A DNA stretch of 64,000 nt from contig NC_057718.1 of assembly GCF_004010195.1 (NCBI RefSeq), positions 57,066,264 to 57,130,263 on the forward strand, given 5' to 3'. Shown one piece after another: positions 11,425 through 23,137 of the stretch (the stretch's first letter is position 1; the number at the start of each line of letters is the position of its first letter). This stretch comes from Chiloscyllium plagiosum (lineage: Eukaryota). A program made the translations under genes and the position numbers. The notes under the pieces are model-generated. The model did no database searches. It saw nothing but the letters and a program-made list of their open reading frames with translations, and was not told the origin of the DNA.

Positions 11425-14400
11425 GTCACACAATACCAGGTTATAGTCCAACATACAAAAACATTTCAAATAAACCTGTTGCACTATAACCTGGTGTGTT
11501 GTCACTTCTGACCTTGTCCACCCCAGTCAAACACCAGCACCTTCACATCATGGCTATCTTCAACACCACAAACTATCAGCTCAAAGTGGAAAGGATCTCC
11601 AAAATGATTGCGCATATCAACACAGACATCAAGTTTCTGCAGAGATGCATGAAAGCAGAGAAGATCCAAAAAGGACTACAGATTATGAACCCAGTGAAGT
11701 TGACCGACAGCAAAGACTGCGCTGAGAGGCACTACTGCCACACCTCTCGCACACTCCGCAACCATACAGTAGACAGCTGAACAGCTCTACAGTAGACACC
11801 TGAACTTTGAAATCGAGGTAGTCTCCATATTCTCAGCTTGTGCTCAGGATACACTGGACTAGCAATAAGACACTGCCAAGCAGACGAGGCAATGGAACTA
11901 TGCCAGCTGCATGCACAACAGGAAGAGGAAATTGGAAAATCTTGGCATCACCACAAGAAGTAATCAAGCCTCCCCTGGTACCACGGTTGAAACCAATACC
12001 ACCACTGGGAAATCCATTGTTAACTTGTCTGAACACACCCTTCAACCAGATTAAATCAAAGTTCTCAGCCAAGGGCTTAATTTCTGCCCCACTACCAAAA
12101 TTGATCCTATTGGTCTTGCAGCAGAAACAGAGGAATTCATCAGATGAATGAGGCTGCAGGAATTCTTCCACAAACCTCAAGATGTCAGCAGCAAGCCCAA
12201 AAAGACAATCAGTGAACCAGAATAGTCGACACAGAGATCCACAATGCAGTGACCAAAGGAGAAAGAGTTGAATTGGACCCCTCTAGAAGGCCACTGCCCT
12301 TGGCTCATCATGTATGCTCAAGTCATCAGGAGATAATACCGGATTCACAAGATAGTGCAGAATGTCACCCAAGCACAATGCAATGCCATCTATGCTCTCA
12401 AGACCAATCACAACATCGTCATCAAACCAACAGACAAAGGAACAGCCATCGTCATACAGAATAGAATGGATAACTGCAAAGAATTGTATCAATAACTGAA
12501 CAACCAAGAACACTACAGACAATTACCTGCCGATCCAACCAAAGAACACACCCGATAACTCAACAGACTGATCAAGACCTTTGATCGAGACCTTCAGAGT
12601 ATCTTATGCATTCTCATCCTGTGTACTTCTTGCATAGGAGACTTCTACTACCTTCCGAATATACACAAAATCAGCACACCAGGACGTCCCATCATACCAG
12701 GCAATAGGATCCTATGTGAGAACCTAGCTATTTTGAGGGCATCTTGAAACCCATTGTACAAGGAACCCCCAGCTTCTGTCATGACACTACAGACTTCTTA
12801 CAGAAACTCAGCACCCATGGACCAGTTGAACCAGGAACATTCCTCATCACAGTGGATGTTTCGGCACTCTACACTAGCATCCGCCATGACGATGGCATTG
12901 CAGCAACAGCCTCAGTACTCAATACCAACAATTGCTAATCTCCGAGCATCATGCTACAACTCATCCACTTCATCCTTGACCACAACATCTCCACCTTCAA
13001 CAACTAGCTCTTCATCCAGACACATGGAACAGCCATAGGAATCAAATTTGCAACTCAATATGCCAACATTTTCATGCACAAGTTCAAGCAAGACGTCTTT
13101 GCTGCACAGGACCTCCAATCAATTCTATACATCAGATACATCGAAAGCATTTTCTTCCTTTGGACACATGGTGAGGAATCACTGAATAACTGCACAATGA
13201 AAGCAACAAGTTTCATCCCACCATCAGACTTACCATGGTCTACTCTTAGAATCAGCCTCATTCTTGGATGCACACATTTCCACCGAGGACAGACACCTTA
13301 GTTAAAGAGGCCATACTCTATGGACAAGCCCTGAATATACACAAGATCTTCTCAGACGAGGAGAAATGCAATGGACACCTAAAAACCCATAAGAACAGGA
13401 TACGATGTTCAACTCACTGATTGGCAGATCCGACGTGCACAGTGAAAAACCAAAAAGACCTACTCAGAAGACAGAAACAGGATATGACTGACAGTGTACC
13501 CTTCGTCATCCAGTACTTCCCTGGAGTGGAGAAACTATGCTTTGTTCTTTGCAGCCTTCAACATGTCATTAATGACGATGGACATCTCACCAAGATCTTC
13601 CCTATGCCTCTACTTCTCGCCTTCAAACAACCGCCAAACCTTAAACCGACCATTGTTCGCAGCAGACTACCCAGTCTTCAGGACAATATTGACCACAATA
13701 CCACATAACCCTTCCACGGCAATCTCTGCATGATATACCAGATCATCGACATGGATACCACCATCACACGTGGGAACATCACCCACCACGTACATGGTAA
13801 ATACTCATGTAACTTGGCCAATATTGTATACCTCATACGCTGCAGGCAAAGATGCCTCAAAGCATAGTATATTGATGAGACTATGCAGATGCTACGGTAA
13901 CACATGAATGGATACTGTGTAACAATTGCCAGGCAGGAATGTTCCTACCCGGTCAAGGAACACTTCAGCAATCAAAGATATTCAGCCTCCGATCTTTGGA
14001 CAAGCATCCTCCAAGGTGGCCTTCGAGATACACAACAATGCAGAATCGCCGAGCAGAAACTGATAGTCAAGTTCTATACCCATGAAGATGGCCTTAACCA
14101 TGATCTTGGGTTCATGTCGTGCTGCATGTAACCCAACCATACTGTTCTGTACAGTACCTGTAATTTCTTTTAGATTTAGAATACATTCCCTACAGTATGG
14201 AAACAGGCCCTTCGCCCCCACAAATCCACACTGACCCTCCAAAGAGGAACCTAACTAGAACCATTTATCTCTGACTAATGGGCAATTTAGCATAGCCAAT
14301 TCACCTAACTTGCACATCTTTGGATTGTGGGAGGAAACCGGAGCACCTGGAGGAAATCCACACAGACACAGGAAGAATGTGCAAACTCCATACAGGCAGT

Positions 14401-14950
14401 CGCTGAGGCTGGAATTGAACCTGGGCCCTAGTGCTGTGAGGCAGCAGTGCTAACCACTGAGACATCGTGCTGCCCCTAAAAAAGTCCTTACTGTCCTGTT
14501 TTGATACCATCACCTTGATGACTTGTTATGATCTCTCTACATTAATTAGTTTGTATAGTTTTGGATTACTTCTTACTTTGGTTAGGCCCTTGGTATGCAA
14601 CCATATTCCTATAATATATTCAAGCTATTTGTTTTTTTTTCCAGCACCACCTTATTTTTAATTGTTTGTAATTATCTCTCAGCCTCAATTAATCAGATTA
14701 TACTTCATCCCTTCACTTGCTATTCAGCTGTTGACATTTTACTCACACCATCTGAGACTTTTGATCACCTGCAGAGACTTATTATTCAGCCTGTCGACAA
14801 TCCATTCACACCATTTGTACAATCTTTTGATCTCTCTGCCTTTAAATCCTGCGTCTGTGTCCTTCTCTTCACTCCACCTTTTGGACTATAACCTGATGTT
14901 GTGTGATTTCTGACCTTGCCCACTCCAGTCCAACACTGGCACCCCCACAT
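11425..14950 (+). mobile_element. Near full-length but pseudogenised Penelope-like element (family C) with pseudo-LTRs
   Basis: RT motifs: VIKPTDKGTAIVI, LKPIVQGTPSFCHDTTDFL, LITVDVSALYTSI, YANIFM, YIRYIESIFFLW. A GIY-YIG region lies at ~13800-14130. Direct repeats occur at ~11478-11550 and ~14881-14950, with an inverted copy at 11425-11452. TSD CATCCCTGGAA (11414-11424) / CATCCCTGCAA (14951-14961). Confidence 0.85.
14172..14475 (-). mobile_element. V-SINE (HE1-like) inserted in the Penelope 3' region
   Basis: tRNA-like head, V-domain and tail as in the copy at 2987-3337. Confidence 0.85.
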
Positions 14951-16280
14951 CATCCCTGCAAATCTGGATAGTAAGGATAGCTATGACAAACTCCCTCCTA
15001 TTGACTACAGTTCTGCCTTCAACACTGTAATCCCAACCAAACTAATCTCCAAGCTCTGAGACCTAGGTCTCCGCTCCACCCTCTGCAACTGGATCCTCAA
15101 CGTCCTGACCCACAGACCACAATCAGTGAAGATAGGCAACAGCACATCCTCCACAGCAATTTTCAACACCGGCATCCCGCAAGGATGTGTACATAGGCCC
15201 CTACAATTGACTGTGTGGCCAAATTTCATCCAAAATCCATCTACAAGTTTGCCGACAACACCATTGTTGTAGGCCGGAAATCAAACAATGATGAGACAGA
15301 ATGCAGGAAGGAGATAGCGTGCTTGGTGACATGGTGTAAAGATAACAATCTCTCCCTCAATTTCAGCAAAACTAAAGAGCTGATCATTGACTTCAGCAAG
15401 CAAGGAGGAGGGCACTTTCCTACCTACATCAATTGAGCTGAGGTGTAGATGGTCGAGAGCGTCAAGTTTCTAGGAGTGACGATTGCCAACAATCTGTCCT
15501 GGACCACCCACGTTGATGCGATGGTCAAGAAGGTACAACAATGCCTCTTCTTCCTTCGGAGACTAAGGAAATTCAGTATGCCCATAAAGATTCACTCCAA
15601 CTTTTATAGATGACCCAATAGAAAGCATTTTATCTGGATACATCTCTGCTTGGTATGGCAACTGCTCTGCCTACAACCATAAGAATCTACCGAGAGTTGT
15701 GAACACAGCCCAGACCCTCACACAAGCAAACTTTCCATGCATTGACTCTGTCTACACTTCCTGATGCCTTAGAAAGGCAGCCAACATGATCAAAGACCAC
15801 TCCCATCCTGGTTATCGCCTCTTCTAACTCTTCTGTCACCAGAAGATACAAAAGCATAAACACATGTAGTTCTTCCCCGCTGTTATTAGACTTTTGAATG
15901 GACTTCTCAAATTTCAAATCTACTGTTCATCTTGCTTTTTGTGCACCTTCTTTGCAGCCGTAACTTTATATTCCTCGCTCTGTTCAATCACCCTATGATC
16001 TTTATATTATGATCTGCCTGTACTGCACGCAAACCAAAACTTTGCACTGTACTTAGGTACATGTGACAACAATAAATCAAATCAAATCTTGAACTGCTGC
16101 AGACCACGTGTTGTCAGTCAACCCACAATGCCATTAGGGAGGGACTTCCAGGATTTTAAACTAGTGACAGTGAAAGGAACACTGATGTATTTCTCAGTCA
16201 GGATGGTGAGTGACTTGGAAGGGGATCTTGCAGATAATGTTGTTCCTATGTATTGCTGCCCTTGTCCATCTACATAGAAG

Positions 16281-16462
16281 AGATGGAAATGTGTTGCTGG
16301 AAAAGCGCAGCAGGTCAGGCAGCATCTAGGGAACAGGAATCTGAAGAAGGGCTAATGCCCGAAACGTCGATTCTCCTGTTCCCTAGATGCTGCCTGACCT
16401 ACTGCGCTTTTCCAGCAACACATTTCCATCTCTGATCTCCAGCATCTGCAGACCTCACTTTC
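16281..16462. mobile_element. Inverted mini Penelope-terminus insertion (family A), perfect 16-bp TSD
   Basis: TSD TCCATCTACATAGAAG at 16265-16280 and 16463-16478, with inverted arms. Confidence 0.9.
16341..16368 (+). ncRNA. Minimal hammerhead ribozyme core (family A)
   Basis: CUGAAGA-A-GGGC(UAAU)GCCC-GAAA-CG-UC, enclosed by the element's inverted arms. Confidence 0.6.
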
Positions 16463-19204
16463 TCCATCTACATAGAAGTCATTGTGGGATTGGAAAGTGC
16501 TGACTTTCTGCAGTGAATCTTGTTGGTAGTACACACTACTGCTGCAGAGCATCAGCAGTGGTGTGATGGAAGATTTGTTGATTTAGTGCCAATAAAGTGG
16601 GCTGCTTTGTCCTGGATTGTGTCAAGCTTCTTGAGTGTTGTTGAAGCTGCAATCATTCAGGCTAGTGGTGAGTATTCCATCAGTATTTCTGAGTTTTTGT
16701 CTTATCGGCTTTGGGGGTCAGGAGGTGAGTTACTGCTTGCAGTATTTCCTAGTCTCTGACTTGCTGTTGTAGCCACTGTATTTATATGGTGAGTCCAGTT
16801 CGGTTTCTGCGCAGTGGTAACCCCGAGAATATTGATGATGGGGAATTGCATGATGCTACTGCCACTGAATGTCAATAGGTGGTTCTGAGATTGTCTTTTA
16901 TTGGAGTTAATCATTACCTGACATTTGTGTGGCATGAATGTTATTTGTCAATTCTTAGTCCAAGCCTGGATATTGTCCAGGTCTTGTTATATTTGGACAT
17001 GAATGGCTTCAGTATCTGAAGAATTTCAAATGATGCTGAACACTGTTCAGACCTTTGGAAAGAGGAAAGATCATTGATGAAGATGGTTGAGCATAACATA
17101 CTGAAAGTATCTGCACCTCAGAGAGCACATTTTAAACATGATAATAAATTTTTGGAAACTGGATTTTGTTATTTGTGCCTGTTTTGAAACAAAGCTCAAA
17201 ACGTCATTTGGAACAGTGACCTAAATACCTCATTTACCAGAACCATGTAATTCAGTCAAATAGAATTCTGTGGTGTTAGTGAATAAAATGAATGGAGAAA
17301 GTGTATATTTGTTGAGCTTATGACAAGTCAAGATATCAAATTAAACCTGTAGCTAAAGTTTGACTTCAGGATAGCAGATTCAAGATTTCAGTTCACGAAG
17401 AGCTATCATGAGTCTGGGAGGTGGTGGAGAATAGATGGGGTGCATCACACAATGGAGGTAAAGAGTTTGGGGGAGGTTTAGTTGGTGGCGTGTGAGAAAA
17501 GTATGGGGTCTGCTTTTAGTTACTCAGGAATTAGACTATGCATTTAATAGTCTAACTTTTCTTGAGTAACTATTTTACCTAATTTCATTGGAACTATCCC
17601 ATGTGACTGACTTAGACAGAGAATTTTGGAGAAATCCTTGTGTAGAATATTCAATTTCCTGATCAATTCCTTCGAAGTGTGCTACAATGGGGCTTCCATA
17701 ATGTTCCCATGCGCAACTCCTATCTTTGCTGACATAGTGACGATCTGGCCAGTGGAAAACCTGCCGCAAGAGTTATGATTTTGACTGGTTGAATGTGCTG
17801 AGAGAATACTGGCAGGCCCAAGAGCACAGCAGGGTGAAAGGAATGAATGAAAGAGCAGTGTGAGAATGAAGCAACAAAAAATAAACAAGAACTGGCTCTG
17901 AGGACACTAGGCAGCTGATTAATTGCTTGGAGAGCAAGGAGGCAAGCAGTACTAACTTGTGTGCTCTCACGGAAGAGCAGCAAAATGAATGACCTTGAGC
18001 ATCAGAGAGTGAGGTAAAGTAAAAGTAAAACTGTCACAGCACAAGGGTAGGTGCTAATCGGTGAGTATCTGGGCAAGTTTTTAAAATATATAAATTTTAA
18101 TGTATTTAATTTATTTCCTTTAAATTTGCTCACAGTCTATTGTATGGTGGTGGGATAATAATTGGCCTGGTTGGATTTGTCCCTTTTTTTGGACAGGATG
18201 TATCCAGGTAATTTTCCTTGTAGATCCCAGTGCTGTAGCTGTATTGTACTGGAGCAGCTTGGGTAGGGGTATGGCTAATTCTGGAGCACAAGTCTTCAGT
18301 ACTCATGCGATAATTCTGTCAGGACTCATAGCCTGTGTCACTTTCAGTGCTTTCGGCTATTTCTTAATATATAGAGTGAAGTAAAATGGCTGAAGCATGG
18401 TATCTATGATGCTGGGAACATCAGGAGGGGCTAAGATGAATCATAAAATGGATTACTAATATTGACAATAGTAAGAATAACATTGAATGTACATTCTATT
18501 GTGCTGTATAGCACTACCAGATTGCTAAATGGGATAGATTTTGAACAGATCCAGTAATCAAGGTTGACAGTTCCTTGACAGTTCTAATGGATTCATGAAT
18601 TTTTTTCCAGACATACAATCTCTACTGTTAACAATTCCAAAGTATATCTGATGCCCCTTCACCCAAAGGTACCTGAAACAATCCCACTCCACGATGTCTT
18701 GAGACCATACCTGCAGGGATACCTCAGCTCTCTAAAGGAGTATTCTGGCTATCCAAAAGAAATATCCTAAGAACTGACCTCCCCTATTTTACACACTTTC
18801 GACTCTACAAAGCAGGGATATCAAAATGGGCCCAGATTTCAGCCAATTTGGAGATCCACTGTGTTGTGGTACAAACATAGAAAATCCCTGGACACGGAAG
18901 TCCTACCCTTCCCATACTTCTTTTCCAATGTTTGCAGGGCTGTCTCCCGAGACAAATAGCCCACACTTCATGTATGCATAGTTCCACAAGACTGATGGCC
19001 ATCAAAATGATCAATGTGTCCTTTTAAATCCTGTTTGTACAGAACCCAGGACACCTCAGGTTGTTTTCAGTGCAATTTTTTTTAGATGGCCACGATCCAC
19101 TTTAGGAGTCAGGGTTCCCCTTTGGATCTGGTCCAAGGACACCTTGGGGCGTGTCATGCATCGTTTGCAGAATGAGGGAACCAAGTACTCTTTGGCAGTG
19201 GGAT

Positions 19205-19580
19205 GTGATTACAAGATTTTTAAGAACTTATATAGGTTTATAAAATCATGTGGGGCACAGATAAGGTGAATAGCACAGCTCTTATCCCTAGGGCATAATT
19301 TTAAGGTGAGGGGAGAAAGATTTAAAAGGGACCTGAGGGACAGCTTTTTCACAAAGAGAGTGGTTTGTATGTGGAATGAAGTGCCAGAGGAAATGAAAGA
19401 TGTAGGTACAGTTACAACATTTAAAAGACATTTGGGCAAGTACATGAATAGGAAAGGTTTAGAAGGATAAGTGTCAAATGCAGACAAATGGGACTTGTTT
19501 ACTTTGGGAAACTTGGTTAGCATGGACAAGTTGTACTGAAGGGTCTGTTTCTGTGCCTTGTGACTCTACGACTCCATAAG
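19205..19580 (+). mobile_element. CR1 LINE 3' end
   Basis: EVYKIM...RGHNFKVRGERFKRDLRDSFFTKRVVCMWNEVP followed by the 3'UTR. Confidence 0.8.
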
Positions 19581-20139
19581 TAAGTTCAAAGATTCATCAA
19601 GTTAAAAAAATCTATTTAGTGATCCAAACAAAATCTAGCACAGCAATTTTCAAGTGGTTGAATGAAAGAAAAATGTTTTATTTATTTCAGTGTTGAAAGT
19701 GGAGCTTTTCTAAAATATGTTTGCATTGATATGGTACTAAAATATCTCAAGGTATTTAACAATATTTGAAATTAGGATTATCCTTCTGGTTGCATGTTCA
19801 CATGTCCAACATGTCCACTGAAAGGAATAAAGCCAATAATAATACATATGTAATAACCAGGTGCCCTTTTTGAGACACAGCTAAGGACACTAGTTCCTTT
19901 CAGAGGGTCATTAGTATGTGGATTTCTCTTCTGTACAAAGCAGTGAACGCTTGATCATTTAAGTTATTCAAGACAGAATTCGATAGATCTTGACGGTCAA
20001 GGCAGCCAAGACCTATGTGGTCAGACAGAAAAATTGAGTTATAAGACCATGTCCAAATCTAACCATGACTTTATTCAAAGGCCCAGCAGTACGAGGGGCC
20101 GAATAGCCTGCTCCCACTCCTAAATCCATATGTATCTAA

Positions 20140-20496
20140 AAACATTTTTGACGTAACGAGAGCAATATCCAGAGAAATGCCACCTTTAATATTAAGGCCG
20201 GCAATATGGTTAACAGAATAACAACGTATTTATACAATATGTCATAATCAGCACTATGACCATGGGCTTTCCTGGCTAATGTTCAGAAAGACGACTTCAG
20301 ATTGGTACCGCACAAGATCATCTCGGGCTTCTACAATCAGATGACGTGCCTCCCGATTGACGTTGAAAAAAAAATCAAGTTACTGTCAGCGATGAGGCTC
20401 GTTGGTTGTCATGGAAACAGACTTGGAATAGTTTGCATCCGGGGACATGGGCGTCCTGCTGCTCAGCTGAGCCGCCTTCCTTTCGGCTTTGGGAAA
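20140..20496 (+). promoter_or_regulatory. CFAP36: CFAP36 proximal promoter / 5'UTR, CpG-enriched, with CRE/ATF half-sites
   Basis: Local CpG enrichment by eye. TGACGT occurs at 20149, 20342 and 20358 (also 20763 in intron 1). Lies immediately upstream of the start codon. The TSS cannot be determined. Confidence 0.6.
20405..20418. promoter_or_regulatory. RFX X-box
   Basis: GTTGTCATGGAAAC closely matches the palindromic X-box GTTNCCATGGNAAC, ~80 bp upstream of the ATG of a ciliary gene. Confidence 0.8.
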
Positions 20497-20590
20497 ATGG
20501 AAGAGTGGATGGTGGAGGGAATTGCTGGCTTTCTCAGCAGTTCATGTTGGACTATTCCAATCACCGATTTCATCGAACAAAACTGTGCAG
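20497..20590 (+). CDS. CFAP36: Cilia- and flagella-associated protein 36 (CCDC104, BART-like domain), coding exon 1
   Basis: AAAATGG Kozak context. MEEWMVEGIAGFLSSSCWTIPITDFIEQNCA matches recalled vertebrate CFAP36 (EWVVESIAGFL...WSIPILDFVEQKC). Donor G|GTGAGA at 20591, phase 1. Confidence 0.92.
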
Positions 20591-20872
20591 GTGAGAAGCT
20601 ATACATTTCCGGTTATTTTCTTTCGTTGGTGGGTTTTAAAGATTGTTTTTAGCGGGTTGTGATTTAGGGCTTTAGGCCTTCTGCGATGTGTCAACAGATT
20701 TTCTCGTTCACGGTGATGTGCTGCTTGGGGTTAATCTGCGTTATCATCGTTTTAATATATGCTGACGTATTTACTCAATCTTAAAGCCTTTACTGCGAAC
20801 ACTGAAATAGCAGATTTTATAGGGGTCATGATTTCAGGGAAACTGGGGTAAATACTTGTTTTTTTATTTCAG

Positions 20873-20937
20873 TTTTTGATGATGAAGAGGAAAATAAATT
20901 ATCTTATACAGAAATCCATCAGGATTACAAGGATTTG
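20873..20937 (+). CDS. CFAP36: CFAP36 coding exon 2
   Basis: Acceptor TTTTTTTATTTCAG. Encodes (V)FDDEEENKLSYTEIHQDYKDL. Donor GTGAGT at 20938. Phases are compatible with exons 1 and 3. Confidence 0.93.
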
Positions 20938-21748
20938 GTGAGTTCGTTTGTTTGCATCAGGTGCAGTTTACTACAATTTGTGAAATTACCTGTTGTGATT
21001 TCCTTGTTGCAGTCCCCCGACGTTTCAAAAAAGCAGAGTCCAACAGAATAAATCAGCTGTCAGAAAATAAGTGGCATTTCTTATGGAAAATGCGACTTTC
21101 TTGCTGAAGTGTAAAGATAACTTGGTGAAAATTTCCTTTGGGGCACGAATGGCAAAGACTTCCTATACTTTAAAATTAAGTACTTATTCAAACTTTTCAC
21201 TGTGTGCTTTAATCCATTAAAATATTACGCAATCTCATCCTTAGATTGCGAACTGATTATGGGAAATATTATTGGACTATCCTTTTAAAAATATTACAAA
21301 TAAAATAAACATGATAGTGATCTGCAAAAGTGAACAAACAATGCAGACATATTTAACCAAAATAGCAGATTCTATGATCATCCTACATTCTTTATTCCCT
21401 TGTTTCTCACTTCTGACATTTATAGTTTCTCTCAACTGCCCTGCAACCTTCTGATCTACCTTTAGCTGTTACACTATTTCCAGTAAATTTCTGATATTTC
21501 CTCTAATTACACTGCTGATCATGTAGCTTCCTTTGATATTGTAAAGAATGTCCTGTTTGATGCTCTCTAAACATCTTCTGCCCCTATTACAACACTGAAA
21601 TAATCCTTATCAGAATGCAAAAAATACACTGTTGTGTGATATCCCTCCTCATCCTCTTGACCAGTGGACAGTCTTCGACATTCACAACAGCCTTCTCCAA
21701 TGCCTCCCTTCTCTTCTACAAAGTTGAGTGAGGTTCCATTCTTATCCA

Positions 21749-21912
21749 AGGAGAAAGTGAGGACTGCAGATGCTGGAGTTCAGAGCTGAAAATGTGTTGC
21801 TGGAAAGCGCAGCAGGTCAGGCAGCATCCAAGGAACAGGAGAATCGAAGTTTCGGGCATAAGCCCTTCTTCATTCCTGACCTGCTGCACTTTTCCAGCAA
21901 CACATTTTCAGC
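21749..21912. mobile_element. Inverted mini Penelope-terminus insertion (family A), perfect 14-bp TSD
   Basis: TSD TCCATTCTTATCCA at 21735-21748 and 21913-21926. Confidence 0.9.
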
Positions 21913-22423
21913 TCCATTCTTATCCATCCAGTTGTAGCAATTGAATTTACAGCAATGGTTTATTTTCCTACTTTGGAATAGTTACTTTCTGGAGTCTATC
22001 CTTAGCCTCTTCTAATTTTACACCAAGTACTGCAAATGGATGGTATGATCGAAAATACTATTTCAAATTTTATGTATGTACTGGTGATATCCAGTTCTGT
22101 CTCATTGCTACCTTTCTTATCTTCCTCCACTGCATTGTATAATCTCTGTCATCCAGTGAATTTGATTAACTGAAATTTTCTTCATTTAAATATTTTGTGT
22201 CTACAAAGGGCTCAATGTTCTGGAAGTTTCTTGCCGAATGTCTCTCTCAAATTCTGTCGTCTTATAAGAAACTCCTCAATACTGACCAACTCCTTTGGTC
22301 ACCTGTTCCAATATCATCATCTGTTTGTCATTGTTGTTATTTAGTCTGCTAAAATTTCTGTGAAGCATCTTCGAATATTTTACAGCTTTGACTTTACCAT
22401 ATAAATATATGTTAATATATATT

Positions 22424-23137
22424 GTTGTGGTTCTGTTCGCCGAGCTGGAAGTTTTTGTTGCAAACGTTTCGTCCCCTGGCTAGGCGACATCATCAGTGCT
22501 TGGGAGCCTCCTGCGAAGCGCTTCTTTGATGTTTCCTCCGGTGTTTATAGTGGTCTGTCCCTGCCGCTTCGGTTGTCAGTTTCAGCTGTCCGCTGTAGTG
22601 GTTGGTATATTGGGTCCAGGTCGATGTGTTTGTTGATGGAGTTTGTGGATGAATGCCATGCCTCTAGGAATTCCCTGGCTGTTCTCTGTCTGGCTTGCCC
22701 CACGATAGTAGTGTTGTCCCAGTCGAATTCATGTTGCTTGTTGTCTGCGTGTGTGGATACTAAGAATAGCTGGTCGTGTCGTTTCGTGGCTAGTGGATGT
22801 TCATGTATGCGGATTGCTAGCTGTCTTCCTGTTTGTCCTATATAGTGTTTAGTGCAGTCCTTGCATGGTATTTTGGACACTACATTCGTCTTGCTCATGT
22901 TAGGTATCGGGTCCTTCGTTCTGGTGAGTTGTTGTCTGAGCGTGGCTGTTGGTTTGTGTGCCGTTATGAGTCCTAGGGGTCGTAGTAGTCTGGCAGTCAG
23001 TTCCGAGATGCTCCTGATGTATGGTAGTGTGGCTAGTCCTTTTGGTTGTAGTATGTCCTCGTTCCGTGGTCTTTCTCTTTGGCATCTGCTGATGAAGTTG
23101 CGCGGGTATCCGTTTTTGGCGAATACCTTGTATAATG
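22424..23137 (-). mobile_element. 5'-truncated Penelope-like element (family B), GIY-YIG plus 3' terminus
   Basis: ORF 22545..22898(-) NVVSKIPCKDCTKHYIGQTGRQLAIRIHEH...REFLEAWHS. Probable TSD TAATATATATT at 22413-22423 and 23138-23148. Confidence 0.88.
22460..22499 (-). ncRNA. Minimal type I hammerhead ribozyme (family B)
   Basis: GCA-CUGAUGA-U-GUCGCCU(AGCC)AGGGGAC-GAAA-CG-UU-UGC. Helix I is GCA/UGC and helix III is the palindrome ACGU. Confidence 0.7.

Larger units (their letters stand above)
10150..16088 (+). mobile_element. Rex1/Babar-like LINE, decayed and split by two Penelope-like insertions (segments ~10150-10747, 11293-11424, 14951-16088)
   Basis: KVTGPDG, FKRITIIPVSK..CLNDYHLVVLTSII/KCFERL, DYSSAFNT and [12 protein letters not shown]...LSLNFSKTKELIIDF are present. 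The 3' end is AATAAATCAAATCAAATC. Confidence 0.85.
16090..17090 (-). mobile_element. CR1/L2-like LINE 3' ORF2 fragment
   Basis: ORF 16702..16935(-) PHKCQVM...INILGVTTAQKPNWTHHINTVATTASQRLG. Confidence 0.7.

Noticed and set aside
17575..17790. Possible exon of a divergent upstream gene
   Set aside because: No recognisable protein similarity or convincing splice-site pair.
18560..19200. Possible L1/Tx1-clade ORF2 C-terminal remnant (minus strand), with a similar trace at ~28100-28860
   Set aside because: Only vague motif resemblance; too degenerate to call without a search.
20302..20496. N-terminal extension of CFAP36 from in-frame ATGs at 20341 and 20392
   Set aside because: There is no resemblance to the recalled protein upstream of 20497. 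The region contains promoter motifs (X-box), and 20497 has the strong Kozak context.
20591..20652. Read-through of the exon 1 ORF, and similarly the flanks of ORF 45536..45733
   Set aside because: Homology stops at canonical GT/AG sites, so these bases are intronic.
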